Positions 1-14,194 of a DNA stretch of 64,000 bases are shown one piece after another. A program made the position numbers and the translations under genes. Under the pieces are notes generated by a model, which did not search any database, had not been told where the DNA came from, and saw nothing but the letters and a program-made list of their open reading frames with translations. The stretch comes from the human T2T-CHM13v2.0 reference genome, Homo sapiens: NCBI RefSeq assembly GCF_009914755.1, contig NC_060940.1. One strand, given 5' to 3'. How positions within the stretch are numbered: the first letter of the stretch is position 1; each line of letters opens with the position of its first letter.

Positions 1-335
1 CCTCTGAGCCAGGCACGGGATATAATCTCCTGGTGTGCTGTTTGCTAAGACCATTGGAAAAGCACAGTATTAGGGTGGGAGTGTCCCGATTTTCCAGGTA
101 TGATCTGTCATGGCTTCACTTGGCTAGGAAAGGGAATTCCCCGACCCCTTGCACTTCCCAGGTGAGGCAATGCCCTGCCCTGCTTCAGCTCACACTCCGT
201 GGACTGCACCCACTGTCTGACAAGCCCCAGTGAGATGAACCCGGTACCTCAGTTGGAAATGCAGAAATCACCTGTCTTCTTCGTCGCTCACGCTGGGAGC
301 TGTAGACTGAAGCTGTTCCTATTCGGCCATCTTGG
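1..335 (-). mobile_element. L1PA LINE-1 5'UTR (5' end of an element continuing left of the window)
   Basis: Reverse complement of the L1 5' terminus (…tcctattcggccatcttgg). The + strand translation HSIRVGVSRFSR…QVRQC matches the L1 antisense ORF0 region. Confidence 0.93.
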
Positions 336-505
336 AACTGGACCATTGGATAATTTCATTTCAATATCAGTCATTTAGTCTGGATACACCATAATGCAGA
401 CTAATTTTCCCTCTGCTTAAGGTCCACACAAAAACATTACCAATAAAATTTACTTGTGTATCAACTTTTGCTCCCGAGGCTTGGGAGAAAAAAAAAAAAG
501 CACTA

Positions 506-779
506 GACCAGGCACAATGGCCCATGCCTGTGATCTCATTTAGGGAGGCCAAGGCAGGTGGATGAGTTTGAGACCAAGCTGGGCAACATGGAAAAACCCC
601 ATCTCTACAAAAAAATACAAAAATTAGTCAGGTGTGGTGGCACATACCTGTGGTCCCGGAGACTCCCAAGAGTGAGGTGGGAGGATTGCTTAAGCCCACA
701 CAGAGATTGCAGTGAACCAAGATGGCACCACTGCACTCCAGCCTGGGTGACAGAGCAAGACCCTGTCTCAAAAAAAAAT
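506..779 (+). mobile_element. Alu (diverged, AluJ-like)
   Basis: Two arms, central A-rich linker, poly(A) tail. Confidence 0.88.
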
Positions 780-860
780 CACTATACTATTGAAATTCAC
801 AAGAAAATGTGCATACTTAACCTTCTTTTTATTTATTTATTTACTTATTTGTAATATTTT

Positions 861-975
861 GAGATGTCATCTTGCTATGTTGCCTAGGCTGGTCTTGAAC
901 TCCTGGGTTCAAGCCATCCTTCCATCTTGACTTCCCAAAGTACTGGGATTACAGGTGTGAGCCACCATGCCCGCC
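861..975 (-). mobile_element. FLAM/Alu left monomer
   Basis: ggctggtcttgaactcctgggttcaag…gggattacaggtgtgagccacc. Confidence 0.8.
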
Positions 976-1206
976 AGCCCTGCTACACTATTCTTGGCCC
1001 CTCAATGACTACATGAATTTTGGGATCAGCCTGTCGAGTTCCACGAAAAAATTATATTGGGATTTGTGTGGGAATTTCTTGAATTTATAGATTAATTTGT
1101 TGAGAAGTATTATGTTTATAGCATTGAGTCCTACGATTCATAATATATATGGCATATATTTCAATTTAGTCAGTTCTTCCTTGAAGTCCCGGGGTAATTT
1201 TTATAT

Positions 1207-1592
1207 TTATCTTAGTCCCTTTGTAGTGCTATAGCAAAACACCTGAGACTGGGTAATTTACACAGAGCAGAAATTTATTTTCTCAGTTCTGGAGGTTGGG
1301 AAGAACAAGATCAAGGCTCCAGCAGATACAGTGTCTAGTGAGGGCCTGGTCTTTGCTTCCAAGATGGTACCTTGAATGCTGCTTCCTCTGGAGCAGAAAA
1401 ATACTATGTTCTCATGACGCAGAAGGGACAGATTGACCACCACCCCCAAGCCGTTTTAAAGGCACTAATCTCATGCATGAGGGCTTGCCCTTACGTCTTA
1501 ATCACTTCTTAAAGGCCCCACTTCTTAGTGCTATCATCTTGGGAATTAAGTTTTAACACATGAATTTTGGGAGACACATTCAGGCTATCGCA
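1207..1592 (-). mobile_element. MaLR LTR (MST/MLT1A type) inside an old L1
   Basis: tcttagtcc…cctgagactgggtaattta…agttctggagg…catgaattttgggagacacattca motif series. Confidence 0.8.
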
Positions 1593-1885
1593 ATGCTCTT
1601 CATAAAAGGCCTGGTGTATATTTTGCTAGATATATTCTCAGGGTTTTGTTGCTATTGTGAATAGAATCTCTTTTTCTATTACATTTTCTAATTTGTTATT
1701 ATTGATGTATAGGAACGCTAATAGTTTTTTAAGTTGATCTTGAATTCAACAACCTTGCTAACTCTCTTACTAGTCTTAATAATTTATCTGTATATTCTTC
1801 TGGATTTTCTGCATAGACAATCACATGGTCTGAAGATACAGGTAATTTTATTCTTTCCAGTTTAAAAATTTTATTTCCTTCATTT

Positions 1886-2226
1886 CTTTCTTTCTTTCTT
1901 TTCTTTTCCTTTTTCTTTTTCTTTTTTTTTTTTTTTTGAGACAGAGCCTCGCTCTGTTGCCCAGGTTGGAGTGCAGTGGCACAATCTTGGCTCACTGCAA
2001 CCTCCACCTCCTGAGTTCAAGAGATTCTCCTGCCTCAGCCTCCTGAGTAGCTGAGATTATAGGTATCTGCCACCACACCTGACTAATTTTTGTATTTTTT
2101 TTTTTTTAGCAGAGACAGGGTTTCATCATTTTGGCCAGGCTGGTCTCCAACTCCTGACCTCAGGTGACCTGCCTTCTTTGGCCTCTCAAAGTGCTGGGAT
2201 TACAGGCATAAGCCATCTCGCCCTGC
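1886..2226 (-). mobile_element. AluS
   Basis: T-rich tail followed by an antisense Alu dimer. Confidence 0.9.
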
Positions 2227-2469
2227 CGATTTATTTCTATTATAGGTTGAATTACATTCATTTCTGATGTTGTGCCACTGCACTCCATAACCTAAAAATA
2301 ATATGGCAATTTCATATGTATTAGTCTAACACATTACCTAGGACCTCCAGTGCCATGTTCAATAGAGACAGCGATAGAAGGTACCTTTGTCTACGTCCTA
2401 ACTTTGATGAAAAGTGCTTCTACAATTTTACTATTAAGTATGATAATTGCTTTACATTAAGGAAGATAT

Positions 2470-2618
2470 GGCCGGGTGTGTGACGCACACCTGTAACCTT
2501 AGCACTTTGGAAGGCTATGAGGAGGATTGCTTGAGCTGGGGAGGTGGAGGTTGCAGTGAACCAAGCTGTTGATACTGCACTCCAGCCTGGGGACAGTGAG
2601 ACCTTCTCTTAAAAAAAA
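2470..2618 (+). mobile_element. Alu monomer/fragment
   Basis: ggccgggtgtg…cactccagcctgggg, A tail. Confidence 0.75.
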
Positions 2619-2789
2619 AGGAAGCTAGCTTGCTAATAGCGCATTATCTGATGTTGACTCTGCCCTTGCATTATTGTAATAAAACCTAATTCACCATGAT
2701 GCATTATTTGTGTGTGTGTGTACATTGCTGTATTCGACTTGGTATTATTTTATTTAAAATTTTGGAATTCATGTTCATAAAAGTTAATA

Positions 2790-3020
2790 ATAGCTAACAT
2801 CTATTTGGTTTTCTGTGTTCTGGGTATTGTTAAGTTACTTTCCTTGAATTATTTCATTTCATCCTAGAAGGCTTATTGTAAAGGTTATTTCCCCCTTTAT
2901 CTATGAGGAAGTTAAGGCACAGTGAAGGCAAGTCATTTTCCCAAGGAAGATAAGTAGTGGCAGCAGGAATACAAATCTGGATTGCCTGGCTCCAGAGGCC
3001 GAGCACTAAGCACTACCCCG
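2790..3020 (-). mobile_element. MIR SINE
   Basis: atgaggaagttaaggcacagtgaaggcaagtcattttcccaagg core. Confidence 0.6.
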
Positions 3021-3384
3021 TGCCCTCTCCCTGTGACAAAGACTCGTCATTCAGACTGTTCTATCATGAACTTTCCTTGTACATGGAAAACATCCAGTTT
3101 TGTACCAAGATTATATTATTCTCTATAGATAATTAGATAGCTCTTCTTTTTCTTTTATTAAAAAAAACTTGTCAAACTTTTATAAAAACCTATTTAATCC
3201 TATCACCTTTGCTAGCCTGATGTTGACAGTTTTGCAGTGCATTTGCAAGCTCCTGTCCTGGGGATATTGGGGAGGTATACATCCCATAAAGCCAGGGATA
3301 CAGACCACAGAGCAGCAGTAGACTTCCCCACCCTCCAGCACCCTTGTTTGTTTGTTTGTTTGTCTGTTGTTTTTGTTTTTTTGG

Positions 3385-3670
<286 letters not shown>

Positions 3671-3891
3671 AACATCCTTTCAAGTACTGGGGTACACCCA
3701 AGCTCCCAGCTTCTAGCTAGGAGTCATTTGGTCCCCCTTTATCCCAAAGGACCTGTCACTGTCTTCAGTTTCCAAAGCCCAGCAGGGTCCAGGCTCTTCA
3801 GGCTCCAACCACTTTGCATTTCTTTTCTGCTTTTCGTTCATGGAGATGATTAACTTATTTTTCAGCCTGGGTATGTCTTTTTTATTTACTT

Positions 3892-4365
<474 letters not shown>

Positions 4366-5894
4366 TGAGGGAGCAATATGAAAGCAAGCCTGAGAGTCCT
4401 GGAGAGAAGGTGGCAAAGCTGCCTTTTGAAGGTGGTCACTCCCTCAGACCTTGCCCTTCCTGCCTTGTTCCTCCAGTTGTCAGATTTGCTGTTGGGGCCC
4501 TCACTGGGGAGGGGTGGTCTGGACTGAGAAGGAGGTGGAGAAGCTGCCAGGGACCCTTTTGGATCCAGAATTGAGGCAGCAGTTCCAGCCAGGTCCAGAG
4601 ATGGGGGCTGCCCCCCAGCCCCAAGGGAATGGTACTGATTCCAAAACATGGCGAGACCTCCCTGGCGGGGAGAGGAAGGTGCTTTCTCCCTTGAGTCACC
4701 TGAGCCCAGGCTGGAAGGCACAAGAGGGAGGATGAGGCCAGCTCACTCTAGCTCCATCCCCTCCTTTTAACTCTGTGCTAGTCACCCTTCCAGTTTCAGT
4801 CCCTTTTCCTAAGTGTCCTCCCTGCAAAGTCTGCAGACAGCAACACTCCCTTGCTCCAGCTCACCCCGCACTGTCCTTTCTTTTAGCAACCCCATGGGTA
4901 TGAACTTGAGATGATTCACTTTCCTAAAAGCCTCTTTGAGCTGAAAAAGGTGTGGGTGGCTCGGCAAGGCTTGGAGTGAGGGCTGCCTCTTCTCAGAGCC
5001 GCTGTGAGGGCCAAGGCCACCTTCCCTGGTGGGTGTCTGTGGCCTGAGCAGTGGCGCTGGATGGCACCGGCTTTGCAGGCAGCCCGGGTCATCCCCAGCG
5101 GTCTGGGAGGCTGGGGGTGCACCGGTCCCCACTCCCGATAGGGCCGAGGGTCCTTCCTCACCTAAGAGGTGACTGTCTTGAAGAGTGGACACAGAGGAGC
5201 CAGCAAGCTGGGCGGTGTAGGCATCTGGGAGAAAATCTGCAGCTCGGTCTCAGAGAGAAGTCTCCACCAACACAGCTATTGTAGAGATGGGGAAACTGGG
5301 CCAAGAGGGAAGGGAGCGTACCCAAATCACCAGCCCTGGAATGCTTTGAGGTTTGGGGGTGGATTTCCCAGGAAACGCGTTTTATGGCACTGCCACCTCT
5401 GGTCACCCACCCCGAGGTGTGGCAGACCTGGACAGACAGCATGACCGAGGGCCAGGCTGGTGAAGTCAAACCTACCACTCAGGAAGGAGACCCAGCCCTT
5501 CTCCAGACAGAGTTCAAATGTGAGGACTGCCTTCTTTGGGCCTCAGTTTCCCCATCTGAATTCCAAGGATCCTTCTAGCTCCTACACTCTGGGCCAAGCT
5601 TTTCCTCTGAGCCCCAGTCAGCCTAGAAGACCAGGGGTACATCTTCCTTGGACAGAGACCCCCGATAGGGGCAGGAGGAGGTAGGGGTGGGGGTAGGCAA
5701 GGTTCCTGTAGGGAGGTGGAGCTGTCATCAGAGATGGTGTCTGCAGGCAGTGGGTGTATTGTGGCTCTGCTACTACTTGCTGGGTGACCCCGTGACATTT
5801 CTTTCCCCACTCTGGACCTCAGTTTCCCTATCTGTTCTATGGAGATAAGATGTCTGCCTACAAATTTGGGGACTTGGATGTGTGTGGGGGCCAG

Positions 5895-6040
5895 TTGCAG
5901 TGTTTCTTAGGTGTGGTCCTGGGGCAGCCTGTACCACCCCATAGCGATTTCTGGGCCCCACCCTAGGCTCACAGGACCAGAATCTCTGGGAAGGAAGCCT
6001 GGGAATTTGCATTTCCACAGGCATCCAGCTGATTCTGACA
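5895..6040. mobile_element. MER5-type hAT DNA transposon remnant
   Basis: ctgggccccaccc…cagaatctctgg…gcctgggaatttgcattt…gctgattctga. Confidence 0.6.
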
Positions 6041-9024
6041 TGATTGAAAAAGCACTAATAGTATATGGCAAGCTCCTTATAAAAAATAAATCCATAGCTG
6101 CCTTTTACTAAACATAAATCTCATCTTCCCTTCCTCAGTTAAGGACACACAACCCAGTTGAAAATCACTGTGCCTTTCCAGATGCAGAATTTGACCTTTC
6201 CAATATGATTCTGTTAACTGTTACTTTCTGTAGTTTGTATTCCAAAACAAGGGGAATAGCTTTCCATTTTTTCAATATAAATGTTTAAGTTGGATATGCT
6301 TTTTCAAACTGGACACACACTCACACAGTTGAGAATTTCAGCTATGGCTTCCTCTCAAATTATTAGCCCGTTTCTGCCAGGGAGCAGTTTTTCCAGACAA
6401 GACTCTGGACAGAGGCTGGTGGGGCCCCCTCCTCATCAGAATCACTAGATCATGACTGACCCCTAGAGGTGGCTTTTCTGCTTAACTGTCAGCCCATGGG
6501 CTGGGATGTAACCCCCAAAGCTGCAGCAGAAGCTTCCACTCATCCTGGGCCACCCCTGTGATCTGTGGGGGAAAGACCTGTCCCTTGTCCTCTGAGCCCA
6601 GCTGGCCTCCCAGTCATTCAGCAGATTGGAAAGTCGAAGCATGTGCTGTGCTTGGCTGGGCTCTCCTGTGCCCCTTTTTGGGGTTAGGTGGAGTGCATTC
6701 CAGCCCCCAGCATCTCTGCTGTTTATTCCCACCCCTCATCCCCACCCCCATACACACTCACAAGTACAAACACAGGTGCAGTCATGGGCACACGCCACCC
6801 TGGACAGCACCATTTCCAGACTCAGCAGGGCAGTTTCCTTGCAGGGAAGTTAATGGGCACCAAAGAAAGCTCAGGGGACAGGGAGAACCTCTGTTGAGAA
6901 GAGACTCCTAGACCTGGCTCTGCCTCTGGTTTGGTCGGGGTTCTTGAGAAAGTTGCTTCCCCTCTTGGGTCTCAGTTTCCTCAGCTGAGAAATGGGGTGG
7001 GGGCAAATGGTCTAAGGTTCTGGGAACCTCTAAGTCAGATGAGGGAGAGGCCCTGAGGGTCAGCCGCACGCCTGAGAGGCAGGACAGACCCAAAGGTGGG
7101 CAACCTGAGCACATCAGGTGGGCTCAGAGCTGGTGCATGAGCCCCACAGCCTGCAGAGCAGCCCTGGACTCGGGAGCCCGCTCACACCAGCCCAGTGGGA
7201 CTTGAGAGATGTGGGGTCCAGCCTCTCCTACGATTGCAGGGCTGGGGGCTGGGAGCTGCAGATTCTGACCCCACAGCTGCCTTAGACATGCCAGATGGGC
7301 TGGGGCAAGACACACCCCTCTCTATGAAATGAGCAGGCAGTACAAATAGATACACTAAAGAAGGGCTGTGGGATGGACCCAGCTGTAGCCTGGGGTTACA
7401 AACTGGCTTCCAGGGTACTCAAGCAGCTGGCCTCTGGGGTAGCAGCCCTGGGTGTGAGAAGCAGGACTCAGAATCTAAGCCAACCCTCCACAGGAATCCC
7501 CTCTGGAGAGCCCGGGCACTCTGCAGGAGGGGCAGCAGGCAGCAGGTGCACCAGAAGCATGTTTCGCAAGGTGCCCAATAATGCCTCTGCTCTGATAGGC
7601 AGCGAGTTGGAACATGGATGCAGTAGGCAGGGTGGTGGCTGCTCCCCACAGCCAGGAGTCCAGCCCAGCACCCACCTGAGTCCACCTGAGTCCTGCTCAA
7701 TTGGGTCATCCGTGCTCTGGGCCCTCTGGTCCCACCCACAGAGGGAGGGCTTTGGGGTGACCAGGTGAGCTGGCCTTTGTGGAAGGATGTAACTGACTCC
7801 TGAGCCTGGTGAGCTAGGTAGCCCCCAATGAGCATCCTCACCCCCACCTCTCCAGCCCCCCTCATTCCCTGATCCTCCCATCCCCTCCCCTGCCCCAGCA
7901 GTCTCCTCTGCTCACTCTTCTCTGCTCACTCTCCTCTCTTTTCCTGCTCCCAGGCTCGCCTGGTCACGTGTCCTTCACTTTCCTCTGAGTCTCCCTCTTT
8001 CCAAGCCGCCTCCACTCTACTGGACACACTGTCCCTTAAGACACCAGAGTACAGAAGCTCAAGTCCCTGCACCTCACCTTTACTCCCAGACATGGGAGGG
8101 ACATGACATAAAGACCCAAACGCCACTTGGCAAGAGTTCTGGGGTATGCAAAGGGGCAGATCTGAGGCTGTAGAAGCTCCAGTGGCTCCCTGCAGGAAGC
8201 TGCATGTAAGCTGGCTATTGAATGTGGCTCTGAGCTGAGACCTCTCCTTGAAGCTCCAGACCAGGAGCCAGCTGCCAGCTGGACCCCGCCATTTGGTGCC
8301 TCAGAGAAACCTTGCACTCTGTAGGTCTAACTCTGAACCCAGAAAATCCCCCCATGTCAGCCCTGTCTCTTCTTAGGGAAAGCACCACCTCAGACCCAGT
8401 TCTGCACCAAACCCACATTTGAGTCATGGGGCTCCTGCCCTGCACTGTGAGCACTCTGGATAAGCCAGTGCCGAGGGGGAAAGAGCTCTGCCTGCCCAGC
8501 CAAAACATGAGTTTCAACTTCACCTCCAGCTCTGAGAGCTGTGTTTAGGGAAGGGCCCTAGTCCAGTTTGCTGTAGAAAGACCAGTCTTCCACTGTATGG
8601 CACATGGATGGCAGGGGCAGAGTGCAGGTGGGGAGAGCAGAAGGTGGGCAGGGCGGAGGAGGCAGGGACATGGCTGTAGCCATGGAGATGGGAGGACAGA
8701 CAGGACTTGGTGGCCACTTGGATGAACCAAGGGAGGGGTCTGGAAGAGACACCCAGTTTTGTTCAGATGTGTAGAGCGTGGGATGCTGTTCATTGATCGA
8801 GGGAGGAGGAGGAGGAAGAGGTGTGGCATGGGCGGAAGTAGCTGAGCTCTGTCATGAATGTCATTTGAAGTCCCCAGGGAGAGCCTGGTCCGCCAGCACC
8901 TTCACTGCTTCAGCCGGCCCCCGGGGTGCCTGTGCTCCCTGGCCCTCTTGGCTCCTGCTTTGTAGCTGTCATCTGCATGTGGGACAGCTGCACAAGGGCC
9001 CAGCATGTCTGTGTGTTTACCCAG

Positions 9025-9173
9025 GGGACTGCCGCATGGCTCATGCTGAGCAGAAGCTGATGGACGACCTTCTGAACAAAACCCGTTACAACAACCTGAT
9101 CTGCCCAGCCACCAGCTCCTCACAGCTCATCTCCATCGAGACAGAGCTCTCCCTGGCGCAGTGCATCAGTGTG
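9025..9173 (+). pseudogene. CHRNB4: Duplicated isolated exon 2 of neuronal nicotinic acetylcholine receptor beta-4 (gene fragment)
   Basis: Translates (G)DCRMAHAEQKLMDDLLNKTRYNNLICPATSSSQLISIETELSLAQCISV, versus recalled CHRNB4 GNCRVANAEEKLMDDLLNKTRYNNLIRPATSSSQLISIKLQLSLAQLISV. 149 nt, flanked by ccag| and |gtaagt. No other CHRNB4 exon seen. Confidence 0.9.
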
Positions 9174-10605
9174 GTAAGTGCAGAGGGCACCTGTGGCTCA
9201 GGCTCAGATGAAGAGGCAGCTCATGCCCAAGCCTCAAGCAATCAATGTCCAGAGGAATGAAATGACCAGAGTTGACTTAGACTCACCAATACGTGGCGGG
9301 GAGGCTGGAGGAAGGTCCCTGAGGTTTATAGGTGTCCAATATTTAATGAGGTCATGGTTTTCTTAACAAAGAAGAAATGAGGGTGGGAGCGGGATCACCA
9401 CTGGCTAGGCAGCCAATGGGCCTGCATAGACTCTGCTCAGCTGAGTCTCCAGCACGACTATAAGCTTCTCCTCCTCATCCTCCCAGCCCCACCCTACTCT
9501 CTCCCCCAGCTTGCTCAACAGGTGACCTTACAGGCTCCCTACTTGTTGGGGGAAATAAGAACCAAACTGCGGGAACTGACGGGTACAGTGGCCCAGGTGT
9601 AGGGGCAGGACCACAGGCAGTTCAGTGCCTACTGAGTCAGGTGGTAAGGGTCTGGAGAGTGGTCATGGCTGCTGCAGGCATGGAAAGGAGGCGCAGATGG
9701 TGGCACTCCCAGGGACCATTGTCAGGGTCTCCATATGTGGATGTGTGCAGAGATAGGGGTGCTGAGGAGGGAGGAGGTGCAGGGAATTTCTCATCTTCTC
9801 TCTACTGCCTCTGAGTTGGAGATGACAGAGGGAGCCATGGCCCACTGTAAACTAACACAATGTCCCAACCCACAGGGTTAGAACTCCTCCCCTGGAGGCA
9901 GCTCTGAGAGGAGCAGTCACATGTGGAGAGTGCAGGCCACTGTGTCCAGCCGGGGGAAGGAGGTCACCAAGGGGGCTGACCCTCCTCTGGCCAAGTGGCT
10001 GCCTTCTGACACACCAGCCTCTCTCTCTAGCACGGTGGCCCCCACACACCCAGCCTGTCAAACCTACAGACCCCAAGAACTCTTTGGCCAAATTAATGAA
10101 CGGCTCCCTCTCTCAGGAGGAAGCACAGCTGAAGGATGCGAAGGGCAGTAGAGTTGTGTATGCTCCACCCCCTCTCTCCACAGTCAGATCGGAAAGAAGG
10201 GGGCTTTCAGCCAGGCTCGCCCAGACTGGGGTCTGAGTGTCACTGTCCAGCCATTGGCTTCTTGCTTAATGGGTGAGCCCAGCTGCTCCCGTGCAGCTGC
10301 CACCCTAATGAGGGTGAACCAGCAGGTGAGTTCCATTTCTGAAAGCTTGGGTACACAGTAAATATTAGGCAGTGGGCTGCTGGGCCAGGAAGGGGTGCTG
10401 ATTTTTCAGGGTTTGTTTATCTATTGACTTGGTGAGGGAGGGTTATAGGTACAACCAGTTTAGAGATGGAAATTTTGATAGAGCAGGCAGGGATTTAGTG
10501 CTGGGTAAGGCAAGCAGGCTTGTCAAAGCAGCTCTTTTGGGGAGGCCAGAATCCTGGACCAATGTCCTCAGCACGTTCATCAGCTGCTGGGGGAGTGCCG
10601 GATAG

Positions 10606-10916
<311 letters not shown>

Positions 10917-11009
10917 TCATTTGTTTTCAAAGAACTCTACTAAGGTGGAAGGGACAGGGAAAGAGATTGAATTGATAGCTGGCTAACAGGGGCCCAGAGA
11001 GATCAGATA

Positions 11010-11245
11010 ATATTGCCATTGTTATTACTGTTATTACTACCACTGTTGGAACCGTTACTGAGTGCTTCACCAGGCACTATGCTAACAATCCCATTTAATC
11101 CTCACAACCTCCATAGGAGATGGTTACCATTATTACCTCTATTGTGTAGATGAAAAACATGCGGTATTAAAGGTTAAGTGCTTGCCTAAGATCACTTAGA
11201 GCTGGGATTTCAACACCCCGGTATATCTGATTCTCTAAGCCCATT
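11010..11245 (-). mobile_element. MIR SINE
   Basis: ccaggcactatgcta…atttaatcctcacaac…aggttaagtgcttgcctaagatcac. Confidence 0.7.
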
Positions 11246-11830
11246 CTTTTGCTGAGGGTAGGGGCACAGACAAGAAGGAGGAAATTAATCTTTTATTGAC
11301 TTTTTGAAAGGATGATATGTTTGCATAGTCCAAAACTTAGAAAGCACAAAAGGGAAATATCTCCCCCCCAACACTGTTCCTCTCTCCTGAGTATTTTATG
11401 AATCCTTACAAACATGTTTTATGTATATTACCATAATACATACACACACACACACACACATATACGTGCTCCCTCTCTCCACACAAATAATAACATACTC
11501 AAGATACTCTTCTGTACCTTTATGGTACAAGTACTCTAACCACCACTTAGTACTTGGTCAAGGCCATGGCTAAGTATGGGCAGGGCGGGCACTTGGCCTC
11601 TGAGCTCTATGTCCAGTGCTCACTCCCCACAGTGTCCCCCGTGTCCCCCAACTCACCCACAGCAGCTGACTCAGCCCCAGTTTGCCTCTAACAACCACAC
11701 ACAAAAGCAGCAAGAAATGGCCATGCTGCCTTCTGGGCAGGACACTCCATCCTACAGAAAGGACCTTTAGGCTCACTCCTCTATCTGCAAAGGTGGGGTC
11801 CCAGGGGATGGGGCAGGTGGTTGGACTCAC

Positions 11831-13489
11831 CCTGTCCGCCTTCTTCTTCTGTGTAGTGACAGCAGAGAGAGCCCGCTCTAACTCTCCTGCAAACTTCCAT
11901 GAATCATGCAGGCAGCTGACCAGATCCCTGGACTCTCCTGGAATGACAGACATTCAGATGCGGCCCAAAGGACTCCCCCTAAAGGCCTATCAAAGTGCCA
12001 GGCTGAAGGATGATGGGGTGCCAGATTCCCACCTTCCAACTGCCTGGCAGCATGCTGGCTGTAATAGAGTGCTGTCTGAAGCTCAGTTTTCTGACATGTA
12101 AGGATTCGTATGGTATGAACCTGGGCCTTTGGGAGAAAAGACAAGCAAGTGCTGAAAGAGAAGCAAAGAAACATTCTCCAGAGGACAGGAGGGAACTTCA
12201 CACCCTCCACTCACCTCTAGCTCCCTCCTTAGGGCTTCCTGATGTTGGTGGCTTGCCCTCTTTTCCTATAGAAAGAGGAAGACAGAGCTCTTACTAGGGG
12301 GAGGCAGAGATGGCACAGCAAGAGACATGCCCCCAGAATGGCACCACTGCCCCAGGACAGGCCCACCCATGGGACAAGGTTATCAGGGACCCTGTGGGGA
12401 TGGGGTGGAATCTGGGGGGTGAGCCTTCTTCCTCAGCCTGGGAGTGGATGAGACAAGACTGGGGCCTCTACATCTGAGTGCCCCCCAAACCCAGCAGTCA
12501 TGTCATGAGCAAACAGAAATCACGTTACTTCTTCCAGCTGAGCTCGGTTCTGTTGTTTCTATGGGGAGAGTCAAAGGAATGCGACTGAGGGTGGCTCCCT
12601 TGACTCTATTCCCCAGGCCAGGAAGCCATAGGCAGGGGCCAGGAATGGATTTTAAAGGCAAAGTTCTCAGACCCAATGGGAACATGAACTGGTAAACTCT
12701 CCTCAACTTCCAAAGAAAAAGGATTTGGGTCTTTGTTGGTTTTTGCCCACAGCCACAGAACTGAAAGTCTGAAACTAGATTCTCTCAAAAAGACAGTAAC
12801 TTAAACCTTCAGAGATAGAGTGTGAGAAAAGCCCACCCTTCTGCCAGCTTGTGATTTAGAAAGATGCATTCACTCAACAAACATTGACTGAGCACATACT
12901 GGCCAGGGACTGTTCTTCACAGGAAGGATATAGGACGGAAAAGGCAGACAGGAGCCCTTGGCCCCAGGGTTTCCATTCTAGTCAGCCTTTAACTCTCAGA
13001 CTCTCAGAGCTAACAGAAACCTCTGATACTCTCTAACTCTACCTCAGGAAACGCAAGCCCAAGAAGGATAGTTTACAGCAGGGCCTGGACTAGGGATTAA
13101 CATAAAAACAACAATGACAAATCTCATTTAAACTTCACAAATGTAAGGAAAACAATACCACTCCTATTTTACAGATGTGAAAAGAGAGGCCCAAAGAGCT
13201 CAAGCAATTTGCCCTAAATCATATCCCTAGCAGATGGAGAGGCAGGATTCAAACCCAGAATTCTTAACCGGTACCTGGCAGTTCTTCCACAATCTTAACA
13301 ATTACCCTCCACCACCCCTTGGGCCCTCTGTCTCCAGGAGCCTGGCCAGCCAAGACTCACATCCTCAGGTGAGTGGCAACCACCAGAAGTGGTTGTCTCA
13401 GGGTTAGTGCCATTATTTATTTTCTTCTTTTTGGTGTCGGTTGCTCCTGTACCAACACTAGGGCTGGTCTGGGGAGGAGAGTCTCTCAA
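11831..13489 (-). pseudogene. GOLGA6L: GOLGA6L-type golgin gene fragment, five internal exons: 13489-13361, 12558-12529, 12265-12215, 12126-12033, 11937-11831
   Basis: Spliced translation LRDSPPQTSPSVGTGATDTKKKKINNGTNPETTTSGGCHSPED/KQQNRAQLEE/EKRASHQHQEALRRELE/AQVHTIRILTCQKTELQTALYYSQHAARQLEG/ESRDLVSCLHDSWKFAGELERALSAVTTQKKKADR matches the recalled GOLGA6L N-terminus. All sites are GT-AG. Exon 1 and the 3' coiled-coil exons were not found. Family-level symbol only. Confidence 0.9.
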
Positions 13490-14194
13490 CTGTGGAAAGG
13501 AAGAGCAGTGATACTCATGAGAGCTACAAGCTCCTACAGTCACATCCTGCTTTACAGTTTATACAAAATACTATTATAGACCATCTGATTTAATGCCACC
13601 AAGAACTGTAGGAAGTGTTGTCACAATCACTTAGTGACTGAGAGGGATTGATACCATGGCTGAAAAAAAGGCAATAATGGAACTTAAACTCAGTCTTCTG
13701 ACTCCGAGCTCCAGGATTTTGCCACAAATCAGCAGCTGCCAGGGACCAAAACCAGAGGCAGAGGTAGAAAAGCAAATATTAAGTAGGCAGAAACTGTATA
13801 CTGTGTGGTTTAGAGCCATACACCCTCACACATCTGTTAGTGTTAAGAAGTGCACCAGTACCTCTCAAACTTTTACATCAATGTATCCTCATGGCAGAAG
13901 GCAGCCTTTCTGTTAAATCTGGGAATTTAACAGAAAGAGGATAACCCAAGCCTCATTTCAGAGAGAAGTCTTGTATACTCATAAATCTATGTGACTGTCA
14001 TGCCTAAGTACATTAATGTTTTGTCTCTCAATAGAATCAAGGGAAACTGATGCTTCAGAAAGATGCCCCATATTTATCCTGTGGCACTCAAATTACCCCA
14101 GGTTGAGATGAGATGAGCTTAAATCCCTGCCTCTTGAGGGAAATCAGCCCAGTTTCAGGACGTGCAGTTCACAAAACTGCCCCATCTTCCCTTT

